The notes beneath the pieces are model-generated. The model made no database searches. It was given only the letters and a program-made list of their open reading frames with translations, and was not told the DNA's origin. Below, piece by piece: positions 60,265 through 64,000 of a stretch of 64,000 nucleotides of DNA. The translations under genes and the position numbers were made by a program. Within the stretch, counting starts at the first letter, position 1. The number at the start of each line of letters is the position of its first letter. This stretch comes from Promethearchaeota archaeon (GTDB taxonomy: Archaea; Asgardarchaeota; Lokiarchaeia; Sigyniarchaeales; SOKP01): contig JBHLLT010000004.1 of NCBI GenBank assembly GCA_048938855.1, forward strand, positions 121,497 to 185,496, written 5' to 3'.

Positions 60265-60459
60265 TTAGTGTTTTTGTTGTCCTTCCCATCTTTTGCTAAC
60301 AAAATATAGGATAACAAGTGATACAATATAGATTATTGTAATTAATGACCATAACAAAACTTCATTTAGATTGCTTTCAATTACTCCAATAATTGCTTTA
60401 TATATAAAAAATATGCTGACTAATGCTAGAAGTCGAAAAGCGGATTTTGTTTTATCCAT
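60265..60459 (-). CDS. small 2-TM membrane protein
   Basis: two hydrophobic helices, no TGA. Confidence 0.6.
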   Translation of the reverse strand: MDKTKSAFRLLALVSIFFIYKAIIGVIESNLNEVLLWSLITIIYIVSLVILYFVSKRWEGQQKH

Positions 60460-60556
60460 GTTTCTCTACCAATTTTTAATTAATATTTAAAATATTATAA
60501 TACTTAAAATTAAAAGTATAATATAGTATAATTATTAACTTAAACTAATTAAGAAA

Positions 60557-60760
60557 ATGTCGGAAAGGACACCCCCAATATGTTATAGTTGTGGCAAGAG
60601 TTGTGAGAATGAAATGGAAACAACTCATTATTGTATATGTGATATTGCTATTTGTCATGATTGTATTAATTCTGTAAAAAAAAATGAAAACACGTGGATT
60701 TGTCCCAATTGTAAAGAAGAAAACGATATCGAAAAAAGCTTACTGTTTCGACCCTCTTAA
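60557..60760 (+). CDS. small Cys-rich zinc-finger protein (RING/FYVE-like spacing)
   Basis: CYSC..CxC..CHDC..WICPNC. Confidence 0.75.
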   Translation: MSERTPPICYSCGKSCENEMETTHYCICDIAICHDCINSVKKNENTWICPNCKEENDIEKSLLFRPS

Positions 60761-60810
60761 TTAGATAAAGTGAAAATTTTTTGTAAAAACTGATTTACCT
60801 ACACGACGAT

Positions 60811-60878
60811 AAGCCTATGATGAAAAAACACCTTTTATAATGATTCATATATGATTAAATTGAGGAAGACTGAGGCTT
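60811..60878 (+). ncRNA. C/D box guide sRNA
   Basis: terminal stem AAGCCT/AGGCTT, C box ATGATGA (60817), D' ATGA, C' ATGATTA, D box CTGA (60870). Confidence 0.8.
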
Positions 60879-60968
60879 GATCACTAATATCATATCAAAA
60901 ACTTAGAAAACTAAATAAGTTTTCATTATTTTAGCTACTTAAGATAATGAGAAAATTAATAACACATT

Positions 60969-61460
60969 ATGCCAGATAATATTATCTCAAAAGTTGTCGA
61001 ATTGGATAATTGCAATAAAGACATACTCGTAGACTCAATATTTAAACCAGAATTTTGGATAATGGTAAATCCTGCAAAAACAATGCACGCAGAATTTACG
61101 GCCCCAAACGTGCTATATACTAAAATTACTGATGAAATCATCAATATTAAAATTCAAATGGAAGGGGAATTAGTACTACAAGATATGGGTGAACAAGAGG
61201 GAGGAAAAGGTCGATTAATTGAAATGAATGTTCGAAACAATAAGGATGTTAGAGAATTAGAAGGTAGAATGCGAATTAAAGCTCTTTCAAATACTAAATC
61301 AAAACTTGGGGTTTTTATTAATAGCTTTAAATTAGGCAGTGATTTTCTTAACTTAATTGGCAGAAACGCAGCTGAACTCACATTAAGAACAAAAATAACC
61401 GAGATGTTAAGAAATTTAGAGAAATATGTAAAATCAAAATCTTTAGAAAATTTAGTCTAA
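60969..61460 (+). CDS. hypothetical protein (possible SRPBCC/START-like fold)
   Basis: beta-rich core with long C-terminal helix. Confidence 0.65.
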   Translation: MPDNIISKVVELDNCNKDILVDSIFKPEFWIMVNPAKTMHAEFTAPNVLYTKITDEIINIKIQMEGELVLQDMGEQEGGKGRLIEMNVRNNKDVRELEGRMRIKALSNTKSKLGVFINSFKLGSDFLNLIGRNAAELTLRTKITEMLRNLEKYVKSKSLENLV

Positions 61461-61532
61461 TATCGATTTACTAGAAATTAATTAGTATAAATACAATACA
61501 TTAATTGAATAATTTAACACAAGGGTTAAAAA

Positions 61533-62378
61533 ATGAATATCTGGATTATGGAGAGTGACTCGGGTATAACTTTGGTTTATAAACCATATATGGATTTTCC
61601 GGTTAATGAAGATCTTGTTTCTGGGTTATTAACCGCATTAAACCAATTTACCATCGTAGAATTTAAACAAGGTATCGAATCCATTGAAATGGGTGGACTT
61701 AGGTGGGTATACATTATGGATAAGGATACAAACCTTTTATTTATAGGAGCAGATTCTAAGGATGTTACCGCAGAAATTTTACGAGCCCGACTTGACGTGA
61801 TTCGGCAAACTTTCATTTCACAATATGCTCATGAAGGAAATAAATGGGGTAGTAAATGGGCGGGAAATGTAGAGATCTATAAACCCTTTGAGAATATAAT
61901 TGATGAGTATTATACTCAATGGAAACAGGCAGAACGTATAACTACAGTTGCCGAATTTTTTGATTTTATAGGGATTTTCCAACAAATCTTAAATCTAATT
62001 ATTAATGTAATAGAAGCTCATCTATCTGGAAAGAAAAAGCAAATTATTTATCGTAAAATTGAAAAAATGTTTAGACAATATTCAAATCTAGAGATAGTCA
62101 AACAAAATCCTGAATTGAGAAAAATTACATTTGAAAGAAATGTTGGTTTCAATATTATTGGGATAGATCCAATGAATAGTGATATGTATCTCGTTGAAAA
62201 GCAATTAATAAATTTAATTAGAAAAATAGTAGAAATTTTTAAAACAGAAGAAGGTTACTTCGTCAGTTTAAAATATTTTATTGAAGAGAATATCTTTGAT
62301 TATTTATTATCAAACTTTAACCTCTTGAACGATTTAAATTTGTTCACATTCTTATTACAACTTTTTCTAATAAAGTAA
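61533..62378 (+). CDS. longin-like domain protein
   Basis: IWIMESDSGITL..DLVSGLLTALNQF..IESIEMG..LLFI pattern. Confidence 0.65.
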   Translation: MNIWIMESDSGITLVYKPYMDFPVNEDLVSGLLTALNQFTIVEFKQGIESIEMGGLRWVYIMDKDTNLLFIGADSKDVTAEILRARLDVIRQTFISQYAHEGNKWGSKWAGNVEIYKPFENIIDEYYTQWKQAERITTVAEFFDFIGIFQQILNLIINVIEAHLSGKKKQIIYRKIEKMFRQYSNLEIVKQNPELRKITFERNVGFNIIGIDPMNSDMYLVEKQLINLIRKIVEIFKTEEGYFVSLKYFIEENIFDYLLSNFNLLNDLNLFTFLLQLFLIK

Positions 62379-62551
62379 TTTTTTTTTAGCCAATTTTCTA
62401 TACGTAAAAATTTTAAATGAGATTTTTATGTATTCATTGAAAAGTTTTAAATATTCCTTTTTAGAGTAAAGTAGAGGTAATTCAAATAGATTTATTAAAC
62501 GTAGTTTATTTAATTTATTTATTATCCTCTAATGATTAACTTCAAAAAATA

Positions 62552-63853
62552 ATGGAACCCTTCCTTCTAATTATCATTTTCATTTTGTTTTTTTTTATTA
62601 TTTTAAGTTATTCAAAATCCAATTTAGATTTTGTAGCAATTTCTCTTTTATGTTGTTTTATTGCTGCTACAATAACATTTTTGTGGGTAGGAACAACAAT
62701 AGATACTTTTGTCGGCTTTATTGAATGGCCAGCAATTATTATCATTCTAAGCATGAGTATTATCACAAAAATTGCTCAAGACTCTAATATATTAGAATTT
62801 GTGGCAGTAAAACTTTTTAAAATTTCTAGAGGGGAACAGAGAATCTTCTTCTGGCTGCTTTGCGTTATTACAACCCTTTTAGCGGCAATAATAAGTGATG
62901 TTGTAGTTGTTTTGATTTTAGCACCAATTGTCGTAAGGCTCTGTCATTTCCTTAAGATTAGAGCTGGCACATATCTCTTAGGAATGACTATATGCATAAA
63001 TATTGGGTCTATCATTACACCCTTCTCGAGCGGAGAAAATATTATTATATCTACATTTTTTAATCTTGACACGCTTTTTTTCATTCAGAATTATTGGATA
63101 TTTTCATTCTTCTTATTATTTGCTACAATTTTTTTAATAGATTGGTTCATTTTAAGAAAAGAACCAAGAATAGAGGAGATTCAAAGGAAATATGTTATAG
63201 ATTTAATAGATACTGATATTATGGTAAAGAACAAGAAGATGTTTTATTTTAATAGTATTGCAATAATTATAACCATTATTTTATTCGCAATACTTCCTCT
63301 ATTGTATTTAACAGCGGCAGTTTCCGCCTTAATATTAGTGATAGTAAATAAAAGCTATACAAAAAAGCCAATGAGTGAGTTATTACGAGATATAGAGTGG
63401 GAAATCATTTTTTTCTTTATTAGCCTTTACGTTGTAATAGGATGTATGATACAAGCGGGATTTGATGAGCTAATACAACTAATTCCATTTGGGGCAATAA
63501 ATCCTTTATTGGTATCTTTTATTATTCTTATTTTAATTAGTTTCATCTCAGGTTTAGTTGCGAATACTCCAACCGCGTTAATATTCATCCCAATAGTTAA
63601 CACGTTAATAGGTTCATTTGGTGTATCATCAACAGTTCCATTGCTTTTTTCTTTTATAATTGGTATTAATTTAGGAGGTAATTTTATTCCTCAAGGTGCT
63701 GCTTGTGATATGATGACATTGAAAATTGCGCGAGACTCAGGTGTTGAAAATATGAGTTATAAACGCCTATTAAAGATGGGAGCTTTATTCGCATTTATTC
63801 ATTTAGGGTTTTCAATTCTCTATTTATTGATTATAACACCTTTTTTCAGTTAG
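62552..63853 (+). CDS. ArsB/NhaD/SLC13-type ion permease
   Basis: NIGSIITP, SGLVANTP, NLGGN, about 12 TMs. Confidence 0.88.
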   Translation: MEPFLLIIIFILFFFIILSYSKSNLDFVAISLLCCFIAATITFLWVGTTIDTFVGFIEWPAIIIILSMSIITKIAQDSNILEFVAVKLFKISRGEQRIFFWLLCVITTLLAAIISDVVVVLILAPIVVRLCHFLKIRAGTYLLGMTICINIGSIITPFSSGENIIISTFFNLDTLFFIQNYWIFSFFLLFATIFLIDWFILRKEPRIEEIQRKYVIDLIDTDIMVKNKKMFYFNSIAIIITIILFAILPLLYLTAAVSALILVIVNKSYTKKPMSELLRDIEWEIIFFFISLYVVIGCMIQAGFDELIQLIPFGAINPLLVSFIILILISFISGLVANTPTALIFIPIVNTLIGSFGVSSTVPLLFSFIIGINLGGNFIPQGAACDMMTLKIARDSGVENMSYKRLLKMGALFAFIHLGFSILYLLIITPFFS

Positions 63854-63898
63854 GAAAAAAAAGATAAAGAAAACAAGAAAAAATAAAATAAGATTTGG

Positions 63899-64000
63899 TT
63901 ATAGCCAACCTCTTAAGCGCATCGCATCGATCACACGTTCAAGAGATATCATATAAGCACCCATACGATTATGAGTGTTAAATTTATGAGCTTGGTCAAC
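63899..64000 (-). CDS. C-terminal fragment of Glu/Leu/Phe/Val dehydrogenase (glutamate dehydrogenase), runs off window
   Basis: VDQAHKFNTHNRMGAYMISLERVIDAMRLRGWL-stop. Confidence 0.7.
   Translation of the reverse strand, partial: VDQAHKFNTHNRMGAYMISLERVIDAMRLRGWL

Noticed and set aside
1010-61816. Short antisense ORFs in the track (e.g. 1010, 4502, 6431, 6597, 7236, 22285, 28174, 48587, 57017, 59384, 61577)
   Set aside because: Overlap well-supported genes on the opposite strand and lack motifs

Overview
AT-rich archaeal DNA that reads like an Asgard archaeon, most likely Lokiarchaeia (archaeal RadA/TFB/Hef/Hel308/uS10, 7S SRP RNA, C/D box sRNA, longin-like, TPR and PGIPGF-anchored proteins). 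Main result: seven small minus-strand genes missed by the ORF track, each split by one in-frame TGA and followed by a conserved structured 3' element. Five are two-helix membrane proteins (1.9-4.0 kb) with the TGA in the inter-helix loop, served by three eukaryote-type SECIS elements (AUGA/GA core, A-rich loop, compensatory base changes). Two are soluble peptides (58.5-59.0 kb; CxxU-G and Cx4U-G) followed by a variant element without the AUGA/GA core. The best reading is an unannotated set of small selenoproteins, with one SECIS apparently serving two cistrons. The membrane array lies in a ~30 kb recombination/DNA-handling island (RadA and RadB paralogs, divergent TFB, Hef, SWIM-containing Hel308, membrane HhH protein, degenerate VirB4/HerA-like ATPase) whose operons share an unusual pyrimidine-rich upstream-of-TATA motif. 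The rest holds a duplicated wHTH/TPR/secreted-protein module, housekeeping genes and several probable ATA/ATT start codons. All calls come from reading and hand-translating the sequence; no database searches were run.
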